Source: Octopus sinensis (Eukaryota). Taken from it: 64,000 nt of DNA. Within the stretch, counting starts at the first letter, position 1. Every line of letters begins with the position of its first letter. The notes under the pieces were generated by a model. The model did not search any database, had not been told where the DNA came from, and was given only the letters and a program-made list of their open reading frames with translations. The stretch spans positions 187,116,001-187,180,000 of the forward strand of contig NC_042998.1 in assembly GCF_006345805.1 (NCBI RefSeq). The letters run 5' to 3'. The position numbers and the translations under genes are program-made. Below are positions 12,670-26,303 of this stretch, in pieces.

Positions 12670-13190
12670 ATGGTGGCTGCCCCCTCGTTATCGAGTATGG
12701 CCATTGCACGAAGTTTAATTAATGTTGTTATCGTGCAATGCCTGTGCAAGAAGAAAGGCTGTGCACTGAGTCAATCCCACTCACTAAGCAACGACAGCCA
12801 TAGTCCGAAAAGAAGAACAAGTCAACATCATCGGTAACCACTGAGCCGCAGGTTTTATGTCGGAGTTATCCCAGGTACCTGAGTTACCTTCTCCTAGAAG
12901 AATGCCCTAATAAAGGCTGGGTGTCCTTCACTCCCAATGGTTTAACCGCGCGATCGGGTATTCAGTCCGATTATTTTTATGTCCCCGCGCATGATACAGC
13001 CTTAAGACATTTATTGGATGGCCGTTGACTCTCAAGAGTTCCTCCGCCCATTGACGGATTTTGTTTTTCATCCCGCAAGGTGTCCAATAAACACCCTCCT
13101 CACCAATCAAGCTTGGTGGGGTTGCCGGTTTAGTCGCCGATGACCCGACCATGCAACAGGTCACTTTCGAGTGCTACTAGTAACATATAT
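12670..13190 (-). mobile_element. RTE-like LINE 5' region
   Basis: Reverse complement contains ttctaggagaaggtaactc...taaaacc, typical of invertebrate RTE 5' regions; no intact ORF. Confidence 0.45.
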
Positions 13191-13232
13191 ATATATGTTA
13201 CTAGTAGCACTCGAAAGTGACCTGTTGCATGG
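13149..13232. repeat. Perfect 84-bp palindrome
   Basis: 13149-13190 is the exact reverse complement of 13191-13232; centred on (TA)n. Confidence 0.98.
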
Positions 13233-13460
13233 CGGCGAGCTGGCAGAAACGTAATCGCGCCGGGCGAAATACTTAGCGGTATTTCGTCTGACGTTACGTT
13301 CTGAGTTCAAATTCCGCCGAGGTAGACTTTGCCTTTCATCTTTTCGGGGTCGATGAATAAAGTACAAGTTTCGCACTAGGGTTGATGTAATCGACTTAAT
13401 CCATTTGTCTGTCCTTGTTTGTCCCCTCTATATTTAGCCCCTTGTGGGTAGTAAAGAAAT
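13231..13460 (+). mobile_element. SINE family B, full length, fused to the palindrome arm
   Basis: ggcggcgagctggcagaaacg...ccccttgtgggtagtaaagaaata. Confidence 0.95.
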
Positions 13461-14002
13461 ATATATATATATATAATATATATATATATACATACACACA
13501 CATTCACATACACATACACACGCACACACACACACACATACACATATATATATACCATATTAATTTTTTCCTCACATTTCTGCAAACAAACTTTTCTAGC
13601 AATTTATATGTGTGTTATTTTTAATAATATCGTTAAAAAAATCTTATTTTCCCCCATATCTATTAACTTCGGCCAACTTTATGAAGAGTGTATTTAAGAA
13701 TAATTGTTCCTTTTCAACCAGTGAGATTTAATTTATGCCTCAATCCGAATAACAAAGCCAAACGAACTTGACCGCTTTGCACTGAATTATACATTTCCCA
13801 CAACATCATTTCCCGTCACCTTCAAACGTCCAGGCTCATCTGCAATAACACTCTAGGAACAAGGTCCCTCTCATCCAATTCAAGTAAATAAAACAAGCAA
13901 ATCAATAATTTTATTAACTCCAAACAGAGTAGAAATAAGGTAGAAATAAGGGAACAATGAGAACTATCAAACTCCGCTGTGGGGATCACCATAACCTACA
14001 GC

Positions 14003-14310
14003 TTATTTGCTTATTCCTTCTCGAGCCATGCCTGGCTCATAAGGGCCGGTTTCCCGGTTTTCTTGGCGTATAGGTTCCCCGCCTGGACGGGACGCCGGTC
14101 CGTCGCAGGTGAGCTGCAAGATGCAGGAGGAAAGAGTGAGAGAAAGTTGTAGCGAAAGAGCCAGCAGAAGTTCGCCATTACCTACTGCCGGAGCCGCGTG
14201 GAGCTTAGGTGTTTCGCTCATAAACACCTACTTCGCCCGGTCTGAGATTCGAACCCGCGATCCCTCGACCGTGAGTCCGCTGCTCTAACCACTAGGCCAT
14301 GTGCCTCCAC
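14003..14310 (-). mobile_element. SINE family C (tRNA head), tail type 1
   Basis: Reverse complement gtggaggcacatggcctagtggttagagcagcggactc...gggttcgaatc; head and core shared with 50242. Confidence 0.85.
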
Positions 14311-15977
14311 CCATACAAGACGAGTCCAGAAGTGCGTCTTAACAGTCGTTCGACCTGCTTGAAACAATAGCTAAATTTCTTTCAAATCACACGTTACTAC
14401 GTTACAAAAGGAAAGGGTTCATTACATATAAGATGCAAGGTGGTTGATCACGACTGGAAAGTCTTTAGTTTTATGCCAATCTAATAATAGTTCACTTGGA
14501 ACCAAACAACAACAGCTATACCAAAGTATACACTCAACATACATTCAAAGCAAATGCAACATGTCCAGACACCAACACAGTAAACACTTTCATATCAGAA
14601 TACTTTGTATTACTTCAACCTGACGAAAGCTGGTATATCTGGAGATCTTCATCAGTAGCTTTCATCCAAACGTTCAATTTCTTCTCTTGCTTTCGTTTCT
14701 GAAAGACATTCTTTTAGAGTGTAGCGTTATTTCTGAAGATGATTGTGATATATTGTCATCAGATTGTGTCCTTACAGTAAAATTGATTCACTGTAAATTT
14801 AAGTTTGCTTCTATCTAAAACGCGTTGTTCTTTAAAAGGTACTTTTTCATGTGATGGAGTTCTTATGGGCAAGAGACTTATATCTGATTATGTTAGCAGT
14901 ATTCGCTTAAGACCTGTTGTGCATTACAAATTCCAATCGAATCGTAGAGGGCGATTCTACTAATTCAGTCTCACAGTGTTTTTGCTTTGTTTTATAATGC
15001 CACATGCTGAAGAATAAGGTTTTATGCTAACTATTATTACTCTATTACTCGTGTTCTTTCGATGATCAACGCTTAAAGATTTCTGACAGCAGCAAAGTAA
15101 GTTTTCGTGTGTGATGGGATTAGAACCTTATATAGGTTTTTTGCAAAACTAAATACAAGCACGCACGAAGATGTAGGATACAAAAGAGAGTCAGAAAGGT
15201 GTGGGGTAGAAGAGGAATAAATGAGTAGAAAATTGAAAATCTAGTAGAAAAAAATTCTTTTACTGAAATCTCACATGACCTCTGAGATTTTCGTGGAAAG
15301 AATGGCATAAGATGAAATATTAATATTTGATTTACTAATACATATTATAAAGCAAATATTCCTACGAAATAACACGTCACTTTCCTTCTTATTTATGAGA
15401 TAATTCATGGAAGAACTTTCACTCAGAAAACCATCAAGATGTGTAAATTGCATTCCCGGGGAATTATTGATAAAAATGGACGCAAGAAAAATATTCGTGG
15501 ATAGAAATTATTTGATAACTCAATAGCTAAGCCAATTATGTCCCTTGTTCTAGGAACAGGAAGAAACTATTGCCCTGAGTATTAAAAACATTCCCATGAC
15601 AAATATGCAGAATCGAAAGGCCAATTTAGGATGTTTCTGATTGAATAGTCCGTATTATCAGATCGACTATAAAGCAAAACCAAAAAACACGAAAAACATT
15701 GATTTGTAACAATAATTTGCTCGCAGTATTCAATTTCTCTCACTTTAGCATTGAATAAACATGTATTGACTGCCAGGGGTTTCCCTCTGAGCTATAATCT
15801 ACTACAGTAGCTTACTAAAAAAATATATATATATAATCAATAAAGGCAAATATATTCATGACTACTCATGGTGTGGAAGCTTTCGTTGAACATTCATAAA
15901 AATTATTTTGGGAAGTGATAAAATAACGCATATAACGAAGACTACTGCCTTGAAAGAATATTCATATAATAATATTT

Positions 15978-16376
15978 TTATATTTGGGGACGGTCATTTT
16001 GCAAATAGATACACGCACTATTTATTTGATCTTCACTTTAGCTTTATTATAATCATTATTACTTAATTTGTCAGGGTTCTTTTGTTACATATTCTGTGAC
16101 CCCTTCAATGACTATCTGTTCTTCTTCGAGTCTCCTCTTCACTCCTAGCTATCAATCTTGTCTTCCATACTACAGAAAAGCAAGATGGAATACACAGGAC
16201 AAGACCAGAGAGGAGAGGAGACACGGAGAAGAAGAACAGATAGTCATTGAAGAGGTGTCAGAATGTGTGACGAAAGAACTCTGACAAATAAACTAATAAA
16301 ATAATAATAAAACTAAAGTAAAGATCAAATAAATAGTGCGTGCGTTTATTGGCAAAATGACCGTCCCTAAATATAA
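15978..16376. mobile_element. Penelope-like tail pair, inverted (about 165-bp arms), with hammerhead-like motif
   Basis: Arms 15978-16140 and 16210-16376 are reverse complements; GTCA-TTGAAGA-GGT-GTCA-gaatgtg-TGAC-GAAA-G-aa-CTC-TGAC at 16243-16285. Confidence 0.6.
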
Positions 16377-16432
16377 CAATATCTATTTCAACACTCGATT
16401 TCAAATTAAAAATCTTGCAAAACATAAACGAT

Positions 16433-16603
16433 GGCGCAGGAGTGGCTGTGTGGTAAGTAGCTTGCTAACCAGCCACATGGTTCCGGGTTCAGTCCCACTG
16501 CGTGGCATCTTGGGCAAGTGTCTTCTGCTATAGCCCCGGGCCGACCAATGCCTTGTGAGTGGATTTGGTAGACGGAAACTGAAAGAAACCTGTCGTATAT
16601 ATG

Positions 16604-16640
<37 letters not shown>

Positions 16641-16788
16641 TTGTGTGTCTCTGTTTGTCCCCCTAGCATTGCTTGACAACCGATGCTGGTGTGCTTACGT
16701 CCCCGTCACTTAGCGGTTCGGCAAAAAGAGACTGATAGAATAAGTACTGGGCTTACAAAGAATAAGTCCCGGGGTCGATTTGCTCGAC
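16433..16788 (+). mobile_element. SINE family A, 3'-truncated
   Basis: Near-identical to the copy at 2244 up to gatttgctcgac. Confidence 0.95.
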
Positions 16789-16875
16789 AATTCCTATCAT
16801 AGTATGCGCATTAGGTATGATAAAATAGAATTTTCAGACAAATACATAACAAAAACACTCTGACTTACAAGTATA

Positions 16876-17271
16876 TCTTTATATATAAAACTGTAGTTGT
16901 GTGAGTGTCTGTCCCCTTCGATTTAGATTCCTAACTACTCCCACATTTTGCGGTGCAGTTTAACCAAAAGCGGGTATCTTATAGTCGTGATTCATATCGA
17001 GCCCTTCTGGGTATTAGCGCGCGTCTACGATGAGTCTACGATTTTAAAAATAATTTACCATAATTTTTTCCATTTTAACGCATATTTTTTTAAATAAAGG
17101 GAAGTAACTCTCTAAAAATGTCTACGATGAGTCAACAATTTAAAAAAAATTTACCATCATATTTTTTCCATTTTTAATGCATTTTTATGCTATTTTTTGG
17201 CTATAACTCTCTAAAAATGCTGTATAGTTATTTCCCTTACAAACCCGAGCAACGCCGGGCGATACTGCTAG
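16876..17271 (+). mobile_element. Non-autonomous Helitron
   Basis: a|tctttatatataaaa ... cccgagcaacgccgggcgatactgctag|t. Confidence 0.85.
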
Positions 17272-17454
17272 TATAACATACAGAAAATAGGACTACGAGG
17301 CACCACACATCCTACGTAAACCACTTTCAATACAGCGAAAATAAGAACACCTCTACAAAACAGTACATATCCAAGGCACACAGAGCTGCACTCGGTAGTA
17401 TAGTGAAAGCATGTGATAAAAAGAAGACTATTGAATAATAATAAAAATAATCCT

Positions 17455-18192
17455 TTCTCCTGGAAGCACAAAGCCTCAAATTTGGGGAAGGAAATAAGTC
17501 TATTACATCGACTCCAGTGTGTAACTGGTAATTGTTCAATCACCCCCGAAAGGATGAAAGGCAAAGTCGACCTCAGCGGAATTTGAATTCAGAACGTAGT
17601 GACAGACGAAATAACGTTAAGGATTTCGCCCGGCGTGCTAACGATTCTTATTTCTTTACTGCCCACAAGAGGCTACACACAGAGGGGACAAACAAGGACA
17701 AAGGGATTAAGTCGATTGTATCGACCCCAGTGCGTAACTGGTACTTAATTTATCGACCCCGAAAGGATGAAAGGCAAAGTCGACCTCGGCGGAATTTGAA
17801 CTCAGAACGTAACGGCAAACGAAATACCTATTTCTTTACTACCCACAAGGGGCTAAACACAGAGGGAACAAACTAGGACAGACAAACGGATTAAGTCGAT
17901 TACATCGACTCCAGTACGTAACTGGTACTCAATTTATCGACCCCGAAAGGATGAAAGGCAAAGTCGTCCTCAGCAGAATTTGAACTCAGAACGTAACGGC
18001 AGACTAAAAAGCAAGAACAGACAAACGGATTAAGTCGATTATATCGACCCCAGTGCATAACTGGTACTTATTTAATCGAACCCGAGAGGATGAAACGCAA
18101 AGTCGACCTCGACGGAATTTGGACTCAGAACGTAACGGCAGACGAAATACGGCTACGCATTTCGCCCGGCGTGCTAACGATTCTACCAGCTC
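17455..18192 (-). mobile_element. Head-to-tail multimer of four SINE family B units
   Basis: The block gaccccgaaaggatgaaaggcaaagtcg recurs near 17545, 17755, 17940 and 18080. Confidence 0.9.
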
Positions 18193-19160
18193 TCCGAGTG
18201 TGGTGACATACACACTCACTCTCTTTCCCACTTTCTATCTGTCTATTTCTCTTTCTGCCACCACCACCACAGCTTACATACTAACGCACAATATTGTGAA
18301 ATACTATGATGTCGATAATAAACGTATTTGTGATGTTTTGAAATGAAGTTTCCGGTGTCGATGCGCTTTAGAAGATTGGACTTGTTGTTATGAGAGAACA
18401 TCATTTGCATGATTCACATGTCAATTTGAGAATTGGTTTGACTGTTTACTGAACGGTCTTTCCCAGTAAATCCCAGCTTAGCTGAGAATCATTGAGTTAA
18501 TGTGCCCCAAATGACGCGAGAAACGGCTTTGCATGAATTACATAAACGCTTACGTTACAGCACATCCAGCCAGCCAGCCAGCCAGCCATACACACATACA
18601 TACATACATACATACATACATACATACATACATACATACATACATACATACATACACACATACATACATACATACATATATACATACATACATACATATA
18701 TACATACATACATACATATATACATACATACATACATACATACATGCATACATACACACATACACACATACACATACATACATACATACATACATGCATA
18801 CATACATACATACATACATACACATATACACACATACACATACACATACATACATACATGTATGCACACACGCTCACATATTTATATATATGAAAACATA
18901 TATATGCATATATATGTATATGTGTGTGTCTATATGAATATATATATATATATATGAATATATATATATATATGCATTCATACATATATACATACACATA
19001 TGCATATATATATACATACATATACGCACACACATGCATACACACACATATATGAATATTAAGAAACAGTTCGCAGCATTACTTTAACATATATACAACA
19101 TACACACATACACATACACGTACATAATACATACATTCATATATATATACATATATATAT

Positions 19161-19193
<33 letters not shown>

Positions 19194-19504
19194 ATATACA
19201 CATACATAGGTATACTTGCATGTATGCTTGTGTGAATACGTGTGTTGTGTTTATGGATACGTCGGGGTTAATGTATTGCCTCCAGTTGTTTTTAATTCAG
19301 TTAGTCAAAATAATATATTCGTTTTTAATGTATGAGCCCCTGTGTGTGTGCGCGGTGGGAGAGTGCCGAGACACACACATAGCGCACTAGACTCATATCT
19401 TAATTCGTCTAAACGAGGCATTTAGTCACTGAGTGTGCTCCATAACTAATCAGAAATTACTTGGGGCTATGACCTATGTCAGCGTGAAAAATATATAAAC
19501 GGAA

Positions 19505-19745
19505 AGGGGGCGGGTTGAGCATTCCGTCGGTTACGATGACGAGTGTTCCAGCTGATTCGATCAGCTGAACACCCTGCGCGTGATATTAGCGTGCAAGTGA
19601 CTGAGCGCTCCACAGACACGCGTGTCCTTAACGTAGTTCTCAGGAAAGTTCAACGTGACATACCAAATTGGACAAGTACAACTCATGTTTATCAGCTGAG
19701 TGGATTGGAAGCAACGTGAAAGAAAGTATCTTGCTCAAGGACACA
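19505..19745 (-). mobile_element. Decayed SINE body/tail repeat
   Basis: cagctgagtggattggaagcaacgtgaaagaaagtatcttgctcaaggacac; related to 9840-9900. Confidence 0.5.
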
Positions 19746-20569
19746 CATATAGATATACTAGCATTAAAGACCCGTCGTTGCCGGGTCATAGTGCTAGTGC
19801 ATGTATATATGTGTATATATATATGTACATATTACATGTACATCTATATATATACATCTACACATAAAATACAAAATACAAAGTTATATCTTGATATCGC
19901 TAGTGGTAACAATACTCAAAATATATAACAGACTGGTATTGTTAGCCCGTCTCTTGTAATTTCGATCAATTGTATCTTGTCCTCCCTCTTGTATAGAAGT
20001 GTGGCTACAATCCAGCCTACCTCTACTTCGGGGGGGGGGGGTGAATTAAAAATTTTTATCCGGGACGTCCTACGTCCCAGATATAAAGGTAAAAATAAAA
20101 TATTTCCACTTTGCAAGTTCGAGTCGAGTACTCCCTTGCACGCTCCGTTGACTCGAACCTTGCTTCTATTGTGGCGAATTTACCGCCTCTGATTAGATAC
20201 CTTTCATAGTCGCACCAAGACACTTTTCAAAGATGCTTTCCTCCATGTGTTCAAATCTTCTTTTTTCTCTACATTGTATACTTTATAAACAATAGTCTTT
20301 TCTTTAATTTAATTTTTTATTATCCATCTGGACTATTCCATTTCTGCACGCTAATTTTATTTTTAATTTATTCCCATCCATGTGAAACCATTTATTCAAT
20401 TTCAAATCATTGATGCAATTTTATACCAATTGCTATTTTTACTTTCGTCATGTTACTTTAGTTTGATTTTAAATATTACTTGCTACATATAATTCAATTG
20501 TTATTATTATTTTTATTGTTAAAGTGAAATAGAGAAACGTTTTTGTTTCACTTTTAACACGTAATACTG

Positions 20570-20921
20570 AAATAGTGGAGAAGATATGATATTGCTATGG
20601 GCTCGCTCTAGGCAAGAAGTTGAACATTTTTTTGCCCATGAAACTACATGGACTCTAAGTAAGGCATGTGTAAAATTTGAATGGATTGGTTGTGTAGTTC
20701 TCAAGTTTTAGGGAATCGTAGTGGAGAAGATATGATATTGCTATGGGCTCGCCCTAGGCAAAAAGTTCAAAAAATGTTTTGCCGATGACACTCCCCGGAC
20801 CTTAAGTAAGGCATGTGTTAAATTTGAATGAAATTGGTTGTGTAGTTCTCAAGCTTTAGGGAAACACACAGACAGACAGACAGACAGACACACATTCTCA
20901 GTTTTATATATATATAAAGAT
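20570..20921 (-). mobile_element. Helitron-like non-autonomous element with two ~145-bp tandem internal repeats
   Basis: Reverse complement begins atctttatatatatataaaactgag(tgtc)n like the copies at 3574 and 16876; gtggagaagatatgatattgctatgggctcgc is repeated at 20575 and 20720. Confidence 0.65.
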
Positions 20922-21329
20922 ATACGTTCTCTTTCTCTTTAATTTAGATTAAACTTTGACCTGCAACGTGGTAGCAAGGTTGTGAGGGAAAGGGTCTTGT
21001 TTTGTTCATCGTCCTGTAAATTATAATGTCTTGTGGATATTTATAATCCCAGATATTGTAATCATTTGTTGTGTATGAATTAAAGATTTGAGTTCTCCCT
21101 CCAAGAACTCATGTTATGTCAAACTTTGCTCCTGACGGGTTGGTATGCATCCTGTTACTCCAGTAATAAAGAGCATCAAGCTGAAAGTGTATCTTTGGTA
21201 CTGGATTTGCAAACTCCTCAGTTTTAGTCCATAGATGTCCTCTTTCTCTTGTATTTATTTATGTATGTATATATATACAATTGCTACGTATGTCATAAAT
21301 GTATATTTAATAACTTGTACATGTAATGA

Positions 21330-21361
<32 letters not shown>

Positions 21362-21639
21362 ACATGCATTTGTAAAAGGCAGCATTTACTTTTATACAAG
21401 TGAATGTTGTAAAAGTCCTTGGTAAGCTTCTTAAAGAAATATCAAATTTGGGGATCAATGACCTGAAGTAATACAAATAGGGGCAGAAAGGAAGGGGAGA
21501 AACGGAAAGAGAGAGCAAATTACCGAACGAATAAATTCTAAGTAATTATATTTTAATTTATTCAAATATAGTCCTGTAGCTATTTAAAAAGAAACGACAT
21601 TTATGCGCATATAAATGCAAGTACGTACACATATACATA

Positions 21640-23431
21640 TAAGCATGCATGCATACATACATATATGCATACATATATACATACATACATACATACATAC
21701 ATACATACATACACACATACATACATACATGCATACATACATACATACATACATACATACATACATACACACATACATACATACATGATACATACATACA
21801 TACATACATACATACATACATACATACATACATACATACATGCATACATACATACATATATACATACATACATACATACATACATACATACACACATACA
21901 TACATACATACATACATACATACATACATACATGCATACATACATACATACATGCATACATACATGCATGCATGCATACATGCATACATACATACATACA
22001 TACATACATACATGCATGCATGCATACATACATACATACATACATACATACATACATACATACATACATACATACATGCATACATACATACATACATACA
22101 CACATACATACATGCATACATACATACATGCATACATACATACATACATACATACATACATACATACATACATACATACATGCATACATACATACATACA
22201 TACATGCATACATACATACATACATGCATGCATGCATACATACATACATACATACATACATGCATGCATGCATACATGCATACATACATACATACACACA
22301 TACATACATACATGCATACATACATACATACATACATACACACATACATACATACATGCATACATACATACATACATACATACATACATACATACATGCA
22401 TGCATGCATACATACATACATACATACATACATGCATGCATGCATACATGCATACATACATACATACACACATACATACATACATGCATACATACATACA
22501 TACATACACACATACATACATACATGCATACATACATACATACATACATACATACATACATACATACATACATGCATGCATGCATACATGCATACATACA
22601 TACATACATACATGCATACATGCATACATACATGCATGCATACATACATACATGCATACATACATACATACATAAATACATACATACATACATACATACA
22701 TACATACATACATACATGCATACATACACATACATACATACATACATACATACATACATACATACATACATACATGCATACATACATACATACATGCATG
22801 CATGCATACATACATACATGCATACATACATACATACATACATACATGCATACATACATACATACATACATACATGCATACATACATACATACATGCATG
22901 CATACATACATACATACATACATACATGCATGCATGCATGCATGCATGCATACATACATACATACATACATGCATACATGCATACATACATGCATGCATA
23001 CATACATACATACATGCATACATACATGCATGCATGTATACATACATACATACATACATACATACACACATACATACATACATGCATACATGCATGCATG
23101 CATACATACATACATACATACATACATACATACATACATACACACATACATGCATGCATGTATACATACATACATACATACATACATACATACATACATA
23201 CATACATACATACATGCATGCATGCATACATACATACATACATACATACATACATACATACACACATAGATACATACATGCATACATGCATGCATGCATA
23301 CATACATACATACATACATACATACATACATACATACATACATACATGCATGCATGCATACATACATACATACATACATACATACATACATACATACATA
23401 CATACATACATACATACATACATACATACAT
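21640..23431. repeat. 1.8-kb compound (CATA)n/(CATG)n microsatellite
   Basis: Read directly; source of the spurious 540-640 aa ORFs. Confidence 0.99.
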
Positions 23432-23655
23432 GTGTGTGGTAAGATTTCAGCAAGAAATGTAATACTTGATAAATGACAAAATAAATTAATATTTCGGACA
23501 GGAAACCCTGGGTAGCGGTATTTCAAAAGTTTTTTTTGTGGCTTTCATCCTTTCGGGTCGATAAATTAAGTACCAGTGAAACACTGGAGTCGATGTAAAC
23601 AACTAGTTCCGTCCCCACAAATTTTAGGTTTTTATAATAAATAAATACATATATA

Positions 23656-24077
23656 CAGGAGTGGCTGTGTGGTAAGTAGCTTGCTAACCAGCCACATGAC
23701 TCCGGGTTCAGTCCCACTGCGTGGCATCTTGGGCAAGTGTCTTCTGCTATAGCCCCGGGCCGACCAATGCCTTGTGAGTAGATTTGGTAGACGGAAACTG
23801 AAAGAAGCCTGTCGTATATGTGTATATATATATGTGTATGTGTGTGTGTGTGTGTGTTTATGTGTGTCTGTGTTTGTCCCCCTAGCATTGCTTGACAACC
23901 GATGCTGGTGTGTTTACGTCCCCGTCACTTAGCGGTTCGGCAAAAGAGACCGATAGAATAAGTACTGGGCTTACAAAGAATAAGGCCCGGGGTCGATTTG
24001 CTCGACTAAAGGCAGTGCTCCAGCATGGCCGCAGTCAAATGACTGAAACAAGTAAAAAGAGCAAAAAGAGTAAAGAG
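23656..24077 (+). mobile_element. SINE family A
   Basis: Near-identical to the copy at 5970. Confidence 0.95.
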
Positions 24078-25005
24078 TATATACATGCACAGTTGTTTAC
24101 TATGTACATGCATTCATACATACATTTGGGTAGAATTCTTTTCATATACTGTTACGAACTTTACCCAGTGGATTCAGCAATGCAGCTACAGCCAGAGGTT
24201 TTGAAAGTTATTGCATGTAACATCTTACTAAGTGAACTAGTTTACACACAAATGGATTAGGTTCTTCCTACATTTGACCTTGATGAAGTAGTTACAAATA
24301 ACATTTAACTTAAAATTCAAATGGAAATCGCAGGTTGTATTTTTGAAACCTTAAACTGGGATTTACAGCTGCTCAATTTAATTAACTGGCAGAATATTTT
24401 GTTACCAACCAGGTCAGGTTTCAGCATCCAAGTACTTATCGCTATAAAATCCGTTCTTAAGCTGCCTTATTCTGTTCGTTAAAATTAGTTTTGACACTTC
24501 AGGTATGAATGTTCATGCTTGAACAATGAATGTACGAGGTTGCAATATTGAAAGTGTCTCACTCATTCCTTATCTTCACAATAAAACCCCGTGAAACACG
24601 CAATTGAACTCACGAGCTGTATGCGTAGTATTCCAAATGAAACATAATTATCAATTACGGGAGCGAATACGGGTTGCGAATACACAAGAACACTTGCATC
24701 GAAATATCCAAACACTTGAAATTCAAACCTTTAAACCCGCCTTGCAAGCTGCGCTTAGAGCATTGTGAAGAGACGGTGATGAGTCCGTTTCCGGTACTCC
24801 ACTTCAGAGACGAATTATTCATATACCGGTATTTGCGCTGAAGCTTATATCACGAATCCCAGGGATCATTACAGTGGAAAAATTTTGTTTCTTGATTGCA
24901 AACTCTCAAACGTAATTCTGTACCTAATAACGTTATATAGCACTTTGTAACTCCCTCTTGTATATATGTGTGTGTGTATGTGCTTGCATTATATTATATT
25001 ATATT

Positions 25006-25370
25006 GCGCAGGAGTGGCTGTGTGGTAAGTAGCTTGTTTACCAACCACATGGTTCCGGGTTCAGTCCCACTGCGTGGCACCTTGGGCAAGTGTCTTCTAC
25101 TATAGCCTCGGGCCGACCAAAGCCTTGTGAGTGGATTTGGTAGACGGAAACTGAAAGAAGCCCGTCGTATATATGTATATATATATGCGTGTGTGTGTTT
25201 GTCCCCCTACCATTGCTTGACAACCGTACTTAGCGGTCCGGCAAAAGAGACCAATAGAATAAGTACTGGGCTTACAAAAGAATAAGACCCGGGGTCGAGT
25301 TGCTCGATTAAAGGCAGTGCTCCAGCATGGCCGCAGTTAAATGACTGAAACAAGTAAAAGAGTAAAAGAG
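25006..25370 (+). mobile_element. SINE family A inside a (TTATA)n tract, with internal deletion
   Basis: Head and tail present; (TTATA)n on both sides. Confidence 0.9.
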
Positions 25371-25694
25371 TTATATTATATTATATTATATTATATTATA
25401 TTATATTCATAACATTTACTTATATAATTTACTTGACTGTAACCTATGATTTACTTTCCCGGTTCTAATACTTAGAAGAAATTTTTGCTGAACCATGCTA
25501 GATTTAAAATGTTTTGAACGCGAGGCCCGTTTGACCAATGGGAAGTGTATATTCATCTACCATCTAGTAGTTATATGTATGGTTATTTCTGTTCAACAAT
25601 GGCTACCGTCTGAAGAATTGGGAACTTGAGAATGACTACTAATGACCTCCAGCCAAACAATTTAAATTACCGCTAATGTTTCTATTGAATATTA

Positions 25695-26215
25695 CCGTAA
25701 ATCCTCGAGTATATTCCGCATTTTTTCCCCAAAATTTAAAGGTCAAAGTCCCTAGTGCGTACTATATACGAGTTAAAAATGAAAAATATTTTCTAATCAA
25801 TGTCCGAGTCTCTATTTGCTGTCCAACAATGTTTATTCAGACGCATTTTGTGATGTCGGGGGCGAAAATATCTTAAGCTAAGCCTGAAAGCAATGAAGTC
25901 ATAAAAGAATCATCCATAACTTGCAGTAAGCAACATTTTTTAAAATAAAAGTATTCAGAACATAGAATAACATGTAACAAAAACAATTTGCAAACATATT
26001 TAAATTCCCATATAACAGTTAAGAACATCACCATTCTTGTATTACGCATGCGCGGAAGTGTTTGTGCGACTAGGTGCTGCTGGCTTAATTACGCACAACT
26101 CAAGTTAGAGAAGGAGTGTGTATTATACACAAGGTTTACGTTTTTCAGAGGTACATCCCCCTAAAAAAACCCTGCGTATTATACACAAGGGCGGACTATA
26201 CTCGAAGATTTACGG
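25695..26215. mobile_element. Tc1/mariner/pogo-type MITE
   Basis: 25-bp TIR ccgtaaatcctcgagtatattccgc / gcggactatactcgaagatttacgg (2 mismatches); TA TSD. Confidence 0.9.
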
Positions 26216-26269
26216 TATTCCCTCGTTCGTTACAACAGCTGTCTCCGTTCGTTTGTGAGCGCGTGCATG

Positions 26270-26303
<34 letters not shown>

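Noticed and set aside
14615-14665. Opposed ctgacgaaag / ctgatgaag half-cores
   Set aside because: No correctly placed GAAA or stem III.
17455-18192. Regularly spaced repeats as a CRISPR-like array
   Set aside because: The units are whole SINE bodies with no unique spacers, in a eukaryotic context.
21558-23526. 540-640 aa ORFs on both strands
   Set aside because: Translations of the (CATA/CATG)n microsatellite; not genes.
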